A stretch of DNA of 64,000 nt from Mobula hypostoma. Taxonomy: Eukaryota. The translations under genes and the position numbers were made by a program. Positions 9,401-24,400 of the stretch are shown here, piece after piece. The DNA is taken from assembly GCF_963921235.1 (NCBI RefSeq), contig NC_086097.1:193566001-193630000 (forward strand). The letters run 5' to 3'. Under the pieces are notes generated by a model. That model was given only the letters and a program-made list of their open reading frames with translations. It made no database searches and was not told the origin of the DNA. Numbering within the stretch: position 1 is the first letter of the stretch; each line of letters opens with the position of its first letter.

Positions 9401-12400
9401 ACATGGAACTCGGGACCAGGACTTGGAACTCGGGACTCGGACTTGGAACTCGGGACCCGGACATGGAACTCCGAACATGTAACTCAGGAACCGGACATGC
9501 AGCTTGGAACATGGAACTCGGGAAGGCGTTTTGGAACTCAGGACCCAGAGTGGAACTCCGGATCAAGACTTGGAACTCAGAACATGGAACTCGGGACCTG
9601 GAACTGGAACTTGGTACATGGAACGCAGGACCCAGACATGGAACTCGGAACACAGTCTTGGAACTCGGGACCCGGACTTGGAACATGGAACTCGGCATCT
9701 GGACTTGGAACATGGAACTCGGGACCCAGACTTGAAACTTGGAACTCAAGATCCGGAATTGGACTTGGAACTCGGAACTCGGGACCCGGACCTGGAAATT
9801 GGAAAATCAGTACCTGAACTTGTAACTGGGAACTTCAGAGCCTGGATTTGGAACTCTGAACATCAGAGCCTGGACATTGAACTCGGGTCCCAGACTGGAT
9901 CATCAGACCTTGGAACTCTGGACTAGGACATGGAACTCGGTATCCAGACTTCATACTCGGAACTTGGAATTCGGGACCCGGACTTGGAACTCAAGACCCC
10001 GACTTGGAACTCAGGACCCCGACCTGGAATTGGGTACATCTAACTCGGAACCCGGACCTGGAACTCGGAACTTGGAACTCAGGACCCGGACCTGGAACTT
10101 GGGACCCAGATTTGGAACTTGGAACTCAGACCCTGGACTTGCAACTTGGAACTCGGGACGTGAATTTGGAACATGGAGCTCAGGACCCAGACTTGAAACT
10201 TGGAACTCGAGACCAGGAATTAGACTTGGAACTCGGAAACTGGAACTCACGACCTGGACCTCGCCTCGGAACTTGGAACTCGGGACCCGGACCTGGAACT
10301 CGGATCTTGGAATTCAGGTCCCAGACTTGTAAATCAGGACGCGACTTGGAACTCGGAACTTGGAACTCAGGACCCGGACCTGGAACTTGGAACGTGGAAT
10401 TTGGGACCCCGGACACAGAACTTGGAACTTGGAAGTTGGAACTGGGAACATCAGAGCCTGAACATGGACTCAGAGCATCAGAGGCTGGAATTGGAACTCG
10501 GAACATCAGAGCCGGTACTTTTTCTAGACACGGGATATGCAAAACTGAGCTGGGCCTCCTCCTTTGCTGCAGAATACAGAGCCGGTAGTCTTCTTAGACA
10601 CAGTACATGGTCTAACAACAAACTGAACTTTTGTAACTGTTGTAATTGCGCAATTATTTTTTTCTGAAACTGATATCTGCGAACTTCGAGCCACTTTCTT
10701 GAATTCTGTGAGATGCATTCCGGGCAGGATTCCTGTAGCGGATTCTGACTAGCGAGAGTTCGGGAAACAGTGTTTGTGTCTGCTGGTTCCATGTTTGGCT
10801 AGGTCATTCCGCCACAAGTGCGGAGCACGGGTGGAACGAAAAGCAGGACACAACACATTTGTAGCATTAACCAGAATACAGTTTATTACTAGGAAGGCAA
10901 GGAAGCAAGGATTGTTCAGAGGGAGATCAAGGAGTGAGCAAAGCAGAAACAGGAATAAGCATGGCTAGACTTGGACTTGGACTTGGAACCTGGAATTCAG
11001 ATCTCAGGACCCGGACTTGGAACTCAGCAGTTGGAACTTGGGACCCGGACTTGGAACACGGAACTTGGAACATGCGACCTGGACATGGAACTCAGAACAT
11101 GAAACTCGGGGACCGGACTTGGAACTTGGGACCCGGATTTAGAATTCAGAACTTGGGACCCGGATTGGAACTCGGAACTTGGAACTCGGGACCCAGACTT
11201 GGAACTCGGAACGTGGAACTCGGGACGCTGACCTGGATCTGGGAACATGGAACACGGGACCGGGACTTGGAACTCGGGATTCGGACTTGGAACTCGAGAC
11301 CCGGACATGGACCTCGGGAGCCGGATGTAGAACTCGGAACATGGAACTCAGGAACTGGACTTGGAAATCAGGGTCCAGATATGGAGCTCGGAACGTGGAA
11401 GTCGGGACCTGGACCTGGAACTCGGTACATTGAACTCAGGACCCGGACATGGAAGTCGGGACCCTGACTTGGAACTCGGATCTTGGGACCTGGACATGGA
11501 ACTTGGAACTCAGGACGCGGATTTGGAATCTGGAATTCGGAACACTGACTTGGAACTTGGAACTTGGAACTAGAGACCTGGAATTGGACTTAGAACCTGG
11601 ATATCGGAACACTGACTTAGAACTTGGATCTCAGAACTTGGAACTCGGGACCCAGACTTGGAACTCGGATCTTGGAAATGGGGACCCGCACATGGAACAT
11701 GGAACTTGGAATTCGGTACCCCACTTGGTACTCGGAACTTGGAATTCCGGACCCCGCTTGGAACTCAGAACATGGAACTCAGGACCCGGACCTGGAACTT
11801 GGAATGTGGAACTCAGGACCCCGGACACGGAACTCGGAACTTGGAAGTCAGTACCCGGACTTGGAACGTGGAACTGGGAAGATCAGAGCATGGACATGGA
11901 ACTCAGAAGAACAGAGGCTGGACTTGGAACTCGGAACATCAGAGCCTGTACTTTTCTTAGACACAGGAGATGGAAAACTGAGCTGAGCCTCCTCAGTTGT
12001 TAGAGAACATAGAGCCGGGACTCTTCTTTGACACAGAGCATGGGCTAACAACAAGTTGCTCTTTTGTAACTGTTGTTGTAATTGCGCAATTTTTTTTCTG
12101 AAACTGATATCTTCGAACTTCGAGCCACTTGCTTGAATTCTGAGCGATGCGTTCTGGGCAGGATTCCGGTAGTGGATTCTGACTAGCGTGAGTTCGGGAA
12201 ACAGTATTTGTGTCTGCTGGTTCCATGTTTGGCCAGATCGTTCTGTCACATGTGAAGAGCATGGGTGGACCCAGAAGCAGGGCACAACACGTTTTGTAGC
12301 ATTAACCAGAATAGAGTTTATCATTCATTACTAGGAAAGCAGGGAAGCAAGGATTGTTCAGAGGGAGAACAAGGAGTGAGCAAAGCAGAAGCAGAAATAA

Positions 12401-15400
12401 GCGTGTCTAGACTTGGACTCGGACCTGGAACCTGGAACTCGGAACTCGGGACCCGGACTTGAAACTTGGAACTTGGGACCTGGACTTGGATCTTGGAACT
12501 CGGGACCTGGACATGGAACTTTGAACTCGGGACATGGATTTGGAACCTGAAACTCGGAACACTGACTTGGAACTTAGAACTCGAGACCCGGAATTCGATT
12601 TGGAACCTGGAAATCAGAACAATGACTTGGAACTTGGATCTCAGAACTTGGAACTTGGGACCCAGGTTTGGACTTGGAACTTGGAACTCGGGACCCGGAC
12701 ATGAAACTCAGACCTGGAACTCGGAACACTGACTTAGAACTTGGATCTAGGAACATGGATCTCAGGACCAGGACTTGGAACACGGAACTTGGAACTTGCA
12801 ACCTGGGCTTGGACTTGGAACTTGGAACTCTGGACCCGGACTTGGAACTCGGGACCCAGACATGGAACTCGGTCCAGGAACTCGGAACTTGGAATTCGGG
12901 ACCCCACTTGGTACAGGGAACTTGGAATTCCGGACCCCCCTTGGAACTCGGGACCCGGTCTTGGAACTCGGAACATGGAACTCGGGAACTGGACTTGGAA
13001 CAGGGGACCCGGATTTAGAAATCAGAACTTGGAACTCGGAACTCGGGACCTGGATTGGAACTTGCAACTTGGAACTCGGGACCCAAACTTGGAACCCGGA
13101 ACGTAGAGCTCAGGACCCAGACCTGGAACTGGGATCATGGAACTCGGGACCCGGACATGGAACTCGGCACATGGAAGTCGGGACCCTGACTTGGAACTCA
13201 GAACATGGAACACGGGACCGGGACTTGGAACTCGGGACCCGGTCTTGGAACTCGGATCTCGGGACCTGGACATGGAACTCGGAACTCGGGACGCGGATTT
13301 GGAACCTGGAACTCGGAAAACTGACTTGGAACTTGTAACTAGAGACCCGGAATTGGAACTCGGACCTGGAACTCAGAACATTGACTTGGAACTTGGATCT
13401 CGGAACATGGATCTCGGGACCCAGACTTGGAACCCGGAATGTAGAACTCAGGACCCCGACTTGTAACTGGGAACATGAAACTTGGCACCCGGACATGGAA
13501 CTCGGAACATTGAAGTCGGGACCCTGACTTGGAACTCGGAACATGGAACACGAGACCGGGACTTGGAACTCGGGACCCGGATTTAGAATTCTGGTCCCGG
13601 ATGTGGAACTCGGAAGTTGGAATTCAGAAACCAACTTGGAGCTCGGAAAATGGAACTCCGGACCCGGATCTGGAACTTGGAACGTGGAACTCGGGACCCC
13701 GGCCACGAAACTCGGAACTTGGAAGTCGGTACCCGGACTTGGAACGTGGAACTTGGAACATCAGAGCCTGGACATGGAACTCAGAAGAACAGAGGCTGGA
13801 CTTGGAACTCGGAACATCAGAGCCTGTACTTTTCTTAGACACAGCAGATGGAAAACTGAGCTGAGCTTCCTCAATTGTTAAGAAGCATAGAGCCAGGACT
13901 CTTCTTAGACACAGGGCATGGGCTAACAACAAGTTGATCTTTTGTAACTGTTGTTGTAATTGCGCAATTGTTTTTTCTGAAACTGATATCTTCGAACTTC
14001 GAGCCACTTGCTTGTATTCTGAGAGATGCATTCTGGGCAGGATTCCGGTAGCGGATTCTGACTGGCGTGACTTCGGGAAACAGTGTTTGTGTCTGCTGGT
14101 TCCATGTTTGGCCAGATCGTTCTGTCACATGTGCGGAGCATGGGTGGACCCAAAAGCAGGACACAACACATTTAGTAGCATTAACCAGAATAGAGTTTAT
14201 TAATCATTACTAGGAAAGCATAGAAGCAAAGATTGTTCAGAGGGAGATCAAGGAGTGAGCAAAGCAAAAGCAGGAATAAGCGTGGCTAGACTTGGACTTG
14301 GACCTGGAACCTGGAACTCGGAACTCGGGACCCGTACATGGAAATTGGGACCTGGACATGGAACTTAGAACTCGGGACGCGAATTTGGAACCTGGAACTC
14401 GGAACACTGACTTGGAACTTGGAACTCGAGACCCGGAATTGGATTTGGAACCTGGAAATCGGAACACTGACTTGGAAATTGGATCACTGGACTTGGAACT
14501 TGGGACCCGGGCTTGGAGTTGGAACTTGGAACTCGGGACCCGGACTTGGAAATCGGAACTTGGAACTCGGTACCCAGACATGGAACTCGGAGCTGGAACT
14601 CGGAATACTGACTTGGAACTTGGTTCTCGGGACCAGGGCTTGGAACTCAGAACTTGGAACTTAGGACCTGGGCTTGGACTTGGAACTCGGGACCCTGATA
14701 TGGAACTCGGACCGGAAACTTGGAACTTGGAATTAGAGACATGGATTTAGAACTCGGAACTTGGAACTCGAAACTCGGGAACCGGACTTGGAACCCAGAA
14801 CATAGAACTCAGGACTCCAACCTGGAACTGGGAACATGGAACTCGGGACCTGGACATGGAACTCGGAACATGGAAGTCGGGACCTTGATATGGAACTCGG
14901 AACATGGAACACGAGACCGGGACTTGGAACTCGGATCTTGGGACCTGGATATGGAACGTGAAACTCGGGACGCGGATTTGGAACCTGGAACTCGGAACAC
15001 TGACTTGGAACTAGAAACCAGGAATGGACTTAGAATCTGGATATCGGAACACTGACTTGGAACTTGGGTCTCGGAACTTGGAACTCGGGACTTGGACTTG
15101 GAACTCGGAACTTGGAACTCAGGACCTGGACATGGAACTCGGACTGGGAACTCGGAACTTGGAATTCGGGACCCCACTTTGTACTCGGAACTTGGAATTC
15201 CGGACCCCACTTGGAGCATCGGAACATGGAACTCGGGAACCGGACTTGGAACACGGGACCCAGATTTGGAACTCGGAACTTGGAACTTGAAACTCGGGAC
15301 CTGGATTGGAACTCGGAACTTGGAACTCGGGACCCAGACTTGGAACCCGAAACGTGGAACTCACGACCCGGACCTGGAACTGAGAACATAGAACTCAGAA

Positions 15401-18400
15401 AATGGAAATCGGGACCCTGACATGGAACTCGGAACATGGAACACAGGACTGGGATTTGGAACTCTGGTCCCGGACATGCAACTCGGAACATGGAACACAG
15501 GACCGGGATATGGAACTCGGGATCCGGACTTGGAACTCGGGATTTGGATCTCAGGACCTGGACATGGAACTTGGGAACCGGACTTGGAACTCGGGACCCG
15601 GATTTAGAACTCGGAAATTGGAATTCGGGTCCCGGACTTGGAACTCGGAAGTTGCAATTTAGAACCCGACTTGGAACTCAGAACTTGGAACTCAGGACCC
15701 GGACCTGGAACTTGAAATGTGGAACTCGGGACCCCGGACACGAAACTCGGAACTTGGAAGTCGGTACCCGGACTTGGAACGTGGAACTGGGAACATCAGA
15801 GCCTGGACATGGAACTCAGAAGAACAGAAGCTGGACTTCGAACTCAGAACATCAGAGCCTGTTCTTTTCTTAGACACAAGAGATGGAAACAGAACATAGA
15901 GCCTTTGGTACAGAACATAGAGCCTGGACTCTTCTTAGACACAGGACATGGGCTAACAACAAATTGATCTTTTGTAACTGTTGTTGTAATTGCACAATAT
16001 ATTTTTTCTGAAACTGATATCTTCGAACATGGAGCCACTTTCTTGAATTCTGAGAGATGCATTCTGGGCAGGATTCTGGTAGCGGATTCTGACTAGCGTG
16101 AGTTCGGGAAACAGTGCTTGTGTCTGCTGGTTCCATGTTTGGCCAGATCGTTCTGTCACATGTGCGGAGCATGGGTGGACCCAAAAGCAGGACACAACAC
16201 ATTTTGGTCATTAACCAGAACAGAGTTTATTAATCATTACTGGGAAAGCAGGAAAGCAGGGAAGCAAGGATTGTTCAGAGGGAGATCAAGGAGTGAGCAA
16301 AGCAAAAGCAGGAATAAGCATGGCTAGACTTGGACTTGGACCTGGAACCTGGAACTCGGAACTCGGAACCCGTACATGGAACTCGGGACCCGGACTTGAA
16401 ACTTGAAACTAGGGACCCGGACTTGGAACCCGGAACATAGAACTCAGGACTCCGACCTGGAAATGGGAACATGGAACTCGGGACCCGGACATGGAACTCG
16501 GAACATGGAAGTTGGGATCCTGATATGGAACTCGGAACATGGAACACGGGACCGGGACTTGGAAATCGGATCTTGGGACCTGGATATGGAACGTGAAACT
16601 CGGGACACGGATTTGGAACCTGGAACTCGGAACACTGACTTGGAACTGGAAACCAGGAATGGACTTAGAACCTGGATATCGGAACACTGACTTGGAACTT
16701 GGGTCTCGGAACTTGGAACTCGGGACTTGGACTTGGAACTCGGAACTTGTAACTCAGGACCCGGACATGGAACTTGGAATTCAGGACCTCACTTCATACT
16801 CGGAACTTGGAATTCCGGACCCCACTTGGAACATCGGAACATGGAACTCGGGAACCGGTCTTGGAACACGGGACCTAGATTTAGAACTCAGAACTTGGAA
16901 CTTGAAACTCGGGACCTGGATTGGAACTCGGAACTCGGAACTGGGGACCCAGACTTGGAACACGGAACGTGGAACTCAGGACCCGGACCTGGAACTGGGA
17001 ACATAGAACTCAGAAAATGGAAATCGGGATCCTGACATGGAATTCGGAACATGGAACACAGGACTGGGACTTGGAACTCGGGATCCGGACTTGGAACACG
17101 GAATTTGGATCTCAGGACCTGGACATGGAACTTGGGAACCGGACTTGGAACTCAGGACCCGGATTTAGAACTCGGAAATTGGAATTCGGGTCCCGGACTT
17201 GGAACTCGGAAGTTGGAATTTAGAACCCGACTTGGAACTCGAAACTTGGAACTCAGGACCCGGACCTGGAACTTGGAATGTAGAACTCCGGACCCCGGAC
17301 ACGAAACTCGGAACGTGGAAGTCGGTACCCAGACTTGGAACGTGGAACTGGGAACATCAGAACCTGAACATGGAACTCAGAAGAACAGAGGCTGGACTTG
17401 GAACTCGGAACATGAGAGCCTGTACTTTTCTTAGACACAGGAGATGGAAACAGAACATAGAGCCTATGGTACAGAACATAGAGCCTGGACTCTTCTTAGA
17501 CACAGTACATGGGCTAACAACAAATTGATCTTTTGTAACTGTTGTTGTAATTGCGCAATATATTTTTTCTGAAACTGATATCTTCGAACATGGAGCCACT
17601 TTCTTGAATTCTGTGAGATGCATTCTGGGCAGGATTCCTGTAGCGGATTCTGAGTAGCAAGAGTTCGGGAAACAGTGTTTGTGTCTGCTGGTTCCATGTT
17701 TGGCTAGATCATTCTGTCACAAGTACGGAGCACGGGTGGACCCAAAAGCAGGACACAACACATTTTGTAGCATTAACCAGAATACAGTTTATTCATCGTT
17801 ACTAGGAAAGCAGGGAAGCAAGGATTGTTCAGAGGGAGATCAAGGATTGAGCAAAGCAGAAGCAGGAATAAGCGTGGCTAGACTCGGCCTTGGATGTGGA
17901 ACCTGGAACTCGAAACTCGGGACCCATACATGGAACTCAGGACACGGACTTGAAAGTTGGAACTTGGGACCCGGACTTGGAACTTGGAACTCGGGACCTA
18001 GACATGGAACTTGGAACTCAGGACGCGGATTTGGAACCTGGAACTCAGAACACTGACTTGGAACTTGGAACTAGAGACCCGGAATTGGTCTTGGAACCTG
18101 GATATCGGAACACTGACTTGGAACTTGGATCTCGGGACCCTGACTTGGAACTCAGGACCTGGACATGGAACTTGGACCTGGAACTCGGAACACTGACTTG
18201 GAACTTGGATCTCGGGACCAGGACTTGGAACTCGGAACTTGTAATTCGGAACCCCACTTGGTACTCGGAAGTTGGAATTCCGGACCCCACTTGGAACTCG
18301 GGACCCAGTCTTGGAACTCGGAACTTGAAACTTGGGAGCCAGACTTGGAACTCGGTATTTGCAACTCGGAATCCAGACCTGGGACCCGGTCTTAGAACTC

Positions 18401-21400
18401 GGAACTTGAAACTCGGGACCCGGACTTGGAACTCAGTATTTGCAACTCGGGACCCAGACCTGGAACTCTGAACTTGGAACTCAGTACCCGGACTTGGAAC
18501 TCAGGACCCGAACCTGGTACTCGGGACCCAGACTTGGAACTTGGAACTCGGAACCTGGACTTGCAACTTGGAAATAGGGACGCGGATCTGGAACATGGAA
18601 CTCAGGTCCCAGACTTGCAACTTGGAACACGAGACCCGGAATTAGACTTGGAACTCGGAACTCGAGACCTGCACCTGGAACTCACGACCCGGACTTTGAC
18701 TCGGAACTTGGAATTAGGGACCCGGACTTGGAACTTGGGACCCGGACCTGGAACTCGGATCTTGTAATTTGGGACCCGGACTTGTAAATCGAGTCCCAAC
18801 TTGGAACTTGGAACTTGGAACTCAGGACCCGGACCTGGAACTCAGAACTTGGAACCTGGGACCCCGGACACGGAACTTGGAACTTGGAAGTCGGTAGCTG
18901 GACTTGGAACTTGGAACTGGGACCACCAGAGCCTGGACATGGAACTCAGAACATCAGAGGCTGGAATTGGAACTCGGAACATTAGAACCTGTACTTTTAT
19001 AGACACAGGATATGCAAAACTGAGCTGGGCCTCCTCCTTTGGTGCAGAACATAGAGCCGGTACTCTTCTTAGACACAGTACATGGGCTAACAACAAATTG
19101 ACCTTTTGTAACCGTTGTTGTAAGTGCATAATTTTTTTTTCTGTGAAACTGATATCTTCGAACTTCAAGCCACTTTCTTGAATTCTGTGAGATGCATTCG
19201 GGGCAGAATTCTAGTAGCGGATTCTGACTAGCGAGAGTTCGGAAAAAGTGTTTGTGTCTGCTGGTTCTATGTTTGGCTAGATCATTCTGGCACAAGTGTG
19301 GAGCACAGGTGGACCCGAAAGCAGGACACAAACACGTTTTGTAGTGTTAACGATAATAGAGTATATTAATCGTTACTAGGAAAGCAGGGAAACAAGAATT
19401 GTTCAGAGGGAGATCAAGGAGTGAGCAAAGCAGAAGCAGGATTAAGCGTGGCTAGACTTGGACTTGGACTTGGAACCTGGAAATCGAAACTCAGGACCCG
19501 GACGTCAATCTCGGGACCCGGACTTGGAACTCAGAACTTGGAATTTGGGACCCGAACTTGGACTTCGAATTTGGAACTCGGGACCCGGACTTGTAACTCG
19601 GAAAGTTGTACTCAGAACCCACCCCTGAAACTGGGAACATGGAACTCAGTACCCAGAACTGGAACTCGGAACTTGGGACCCAGATTTGGAACTTGGAGCT
19701 CGGGACGCAGATTTGTAACATGGAACTCGTGACCCGAACTTGGAACTCGAGACCTGGAACTGGACTTGGAACTCAGAACTTGGGACCCGGACCTGGAACT
19801 CGGAACGTGGAACTCGGGACCCCGGACCCGGAACTCGGAACTTGGAGATCGGGATCCAGACTTGCAACTTGGAACTGGGAACATCAGAGCCTCGACATGG
19901 AACTCAGAACATCAGAGGCTGGACTTGGAAATTGGAACATCAGAGCCAGTAATTTTCTCAGACAAGGGAGATGGAAAACTGAGCTGGGCCTCCTCCTTTG
20001 GTACAGAACATAAAGCCGAGACTCTTCTTAGACACAGTACATGGGCTAACAATAAATTGACCTTTTGTAGCTGTTGTTGTAATTGCACCATTTGGTTTTC
20101 CTAAACTGATAGCTTCGAACTTCGAGTGACTTTCTTGAATTCTGTGACATGCATTCTGGGCAGAATACCAGTGGGGGATCCTGACTAGCAAGAGTTTGGG
20201 AAAAAGTGTTTGTGTCTGCTAGTTCCATGTTTGTCTGGATCATTCTGTCACAAGTGCGGAGCACGGGTGGACCCAAAAGCAGGACACAACACATTTTGTA
20301 GCATTAACCAGAATACAGTTTATTAATCGTTACTAGGAAAGCAGGGAAGCAAGGATTGTTCAGAGGGAGATCAAGGATTGAGCAAAGCAGAAGCAGGAAT
20401 AAGCGTGGCTAGACTCGGCCTTGGACGTGGAACCTGGAACTCGAAACTCGGGACCCATACATGGAACTCGGGACACGGACTTGAAAGTTGGAACTTGTGA
20501 CCCGGACTTGGAACTTGGAACTCGGGACCTAGACATGGAACTTGGAACTCAGGACGCGGATTTGGAACCTGGAACTCAGAACACTGACTTGGAACTTGGA
20601 ACTAGAGACCCGGAATTGGTCTTGGAACCTGGATATCGGAACACTGACTTGGAACTTGGATCTCGGGACCCGGACTTGGAACTCAGGACCTGGACATGGA
20701 ACTCGGACCTGGAACTCGGAACACTGACTTGGAACTTGGATCTCGGGACCAGGACTTGGAACTCGGAACTTGTAATTCGGAACCCCACTTGGTACTTGGA
20801 AGTTGGAATTCCGGACCCCACTTGGAACTCGGAACTTGAAACTTGGGACCCAGACTTGGAACTCGGTATTTGCAACTCGGAACCCAGACCTGGGACCCGG
20901 TCTTAGAACTCAGAACTTGAAACTCGGGACCCGGACTTGGAACTCAGTATTTGCAACTCAGGACCCAGACCTGGAACTCTGAACTTGGAACTCAGTACCC
21001 GGACTTGGAACTCAGGACCCGAACCTGGTACTCGGGACCCAGACTTGGAACTTGGAACTCGGAACCTGGACTTGCAACTTGGAAATCGGGACGCGGATTT
21101 GGAACATGGAACTCAGGTCCCAGACTTGCAACTTGGAACACGAGACCCGGAATTAGACTTGGAACTCGGAACTTGAGACCTGCACCTGGAACTCACGACC
21201 CGGACTTTGACTCGGAACTTGGAATTAGGGACCCGGACTTGGAACTTGGGACCCGGACCTGGAACTCGGATCTTGTAATTCGGGACTCGGACTTGTAAAT
21301 CGAGTCCCAATTTGGAACTCGGAACTTGGAACTCAGGACCCGGACCTGGAACTTAGAACTTGGAACCTGGGACCCCGGACACGGAACTTGGAACTTAGAA

Positions 21401-24400
21401 GTCGGTAGCTGGACTTGGAACTTGGAACTGGGACCACCAGAGCCTGGACATGGAACTCAGAACATCAGAGGCTGGAATTGGAACTCGGAACATTAGAACC
21501 TGTACTTTTATAGACACAGGATATGCAAAACTGAGCTGGGCCTCCTCCTTTGGTGCAGAACATAGAGCCGGTACTCTTCTTAGACACAGTACATGGGCTA
21601 ACAACAAATTCCCCTTTTGTAACTGTTGTTGTAATTGCACAATTTTTTTTTTCTGTGAAACTGATATCTTCGAACTTCGAGCCACTTTCTGGAATTCTGT
21701 GAGATGCATTCGGGGCAGAATTCTAGTAGCGGATTCTGACTAGCGAGAGTTCGGGAAAAAGTGTTTGTGTCTGCTGGTTCTATCTTTGGCTAGATCATTC
21801 TGGCACAAGTGTGGAGCACAGGTGGACCCGAAAGCAGGACACAAACACGTTTTGTAGTGTTAACGATAACAGAGTATATCAATCGTTACTAGGAAAGCAG
21901 GGAAACAAGAATTGTTCAGAGGGAGATCAAGGAGTGAGTAAAGCAGAAGCAGGAATAAGCGTGGCTAGACTTGGACTTGGACTTGGAACCTGGAAATCGA
22001 AACTCAGGACCCGGACGTCAATCTGGGGACCCGGACTTGGAACTCAGAACTTGGAACTTGGGACCCGAACTTGGACTTCGAACATGGAACTCAGGACCCG
22101 GACTTGGAACGCAGAATCTGGAATTTGGGACCTGACTTGGAACTCGGGACCCGGACTTGGAACTCGGGACCTGGACCTGGAACTCGGAACCTGGAACTCG
22201 ATACCCAGACTTGGAACTCAGAACTTCGAACCCGGGACCCGGAATTGGAACTCGGCTCCCGGACCTGGAATTTGGAACTCGTTACCCGGACTTGGAACCC
22301 GGAACTTGGAATTTGGGACCCGGTCTTGGAACTCGCCACTTGCAACTCGGAACCTGGAACTCAGGATCTGGAATTGGAGCTTGGAACTTGGATCTCGGGA
22401 CCGAGACTTGGAACTCGGGGCCCGGATTTGGAACTTGGAACTCGGGACACGGATTTGGAACATGGAACTCGTGACCCGAACTTGGAACTCGAGACCCGGA
22501 ACTGGACTTGGAACTCAGAACTCGGTACCCGGACCTGGAACTCGGAAAATGGAACTCGGGACCCTGACTTGGACTCGGAACTTGGAAGTTGAGACCTGGA
22601 CTTGGAACTCGAGACCTAGACCTGGAACTCAGTCTGGGAATTCCAGACTTGGAACTCGGAACTTGGAACTCAGTACCCGGACTTGGAACTCAGGACCTGG
22701 AACTCGGGACCCAGACTTGGAACTTGGAACTCAGGATGCAGATTTGGAACGTGGAACTCAGGACCCAGACTTGCAACTTGGAACTCGAGACCCGGAATTA
22801 GATTTGGAACTCGGAACTCGGGACCTGGACCTGGAACTCAGAAACTGGAACTCACAACCCAGAGTTCAACTCTGAACTTGGAACTCGGAACTTGGAATTC
22901 GGGACCCGGATTTGGAACTCGGGACCCAGACCTGGAACTCGGATACTGGAATTCAGGACCCGGACTTGTGAATCGAGACCTGGACCTTGATATAGAACGT
23001 GGAACTTGGGATCCTGAACACGGAACTCGGAACTTGGAAGTCAGTACCTGCACTTGGAACTTGGAACTGGGAACATCAGAGCCTAGATATGGAACTCAGA
23101 AAATCAGAGGCTGGAATTGGAACTCGGAACATCAGAGCCTGTACTTTTATAGACACAAGATATGCAAAACTGAGCTGGGCCTCCTCATTTGGTGCAGAAC
23201 ATAGAGCCGGTACACTTCGTTGACACAGTACATGGGCTAACAACAAATTGACCTTTTGTAACTGCTGTTGTAAGTGAACAATTTTTTTTTCTCTGTGAAA
23301 CTGATATCTTTGAACTTCGAGTCACTTTCTTGAATTCTGTGAGATGCCTTCGGGGCAGGATTCTAGTAGCGGATTCTGACTAGCGAGAGTTCAGGAAACA
23401 GTGTTTGTGTCTGCTGGTTCTATGTTTGGCTAGATCATTCTGTCACAAGTGCGGAGCACAGGTGGACCTGAAAGCAGGACACAAACACGTTTTGTAGCGT
23501 TAACAATAACAGAGTTTATCAATCATTACTAGGAAAGCAGGGAAGCAAGGATTGTTCAGAGGGAGATCAAGGAGTGAGCAAAGCAGAAGCAGGAATAAGC
23601 GTGGCTAGACTTGGACTTGGACCTGGAACCTGGGACTCGGAACTCGGGACCTGTACATGGAACTCGGAGCACTGACTTGGAACTTGGAACTCAAGACCCG
23701 GAATTGGATTTAGAACCTGGAAATCAGAACACTGAATTGGAACTTGGATCACGGAACTTGGAACTCGGGACCTGGGCTTGGAACTCGGGACCCAGACATG
23801 GAACTCGGACGTGGAACTCAGAACACTGACTTGGATCTTGGATCTCGGGACCAGGACTTGGAATTTGGAACTTGGTACTTGGGACCTGGGCTTGGAACTC
23901 AGGACCCAGACTTGGAACTCGGGACCTGGACATGGAACTTGGACCAGAAACTTAGAACTTGGAATTCGAGACACGGATTTAGAACTTGGAACTTGGAACT
24001 CGGAACTCGGGACCCAGACTTGGAACCCGGAACATAGAACTCAGGACTCCGACCTGGAACTGGGAACAAGGAACTCGGGACCCGGACATGGAACTCGGAA
24101 CATGGAAGTTGGGACCCTGACATGGAACTCGGAACATGGAACACGGGACCGGGACTTGGAACTCGGATCTCGGTACCTGGATATGGAATGTGAAACTCGG
24201 GACGCGGATTTGGAACCTGAAACTCGGAACACTGACTGGGAACTTGGAACTTGGAACGAGAAACCAGGAATGGACTTAGAACCTGGATATCGGAACACTG
24301 ACTTGGAGCTTGGGTCTCGGAACTTGGAACTCGGGACCTGGACTTGGAACTCAGGACCCGGACATGGAACTCAGAACTTGGAATACGGGACCCCACTTCA

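Noticed and set aside
22631..22648. gtctgggaattccagac hairpin / NF-kB-like site recurring in several tracts
   Set aside because: It is easily produced by point changes in the microrepeat and copied with block duplications. There is no independent evidence of function.
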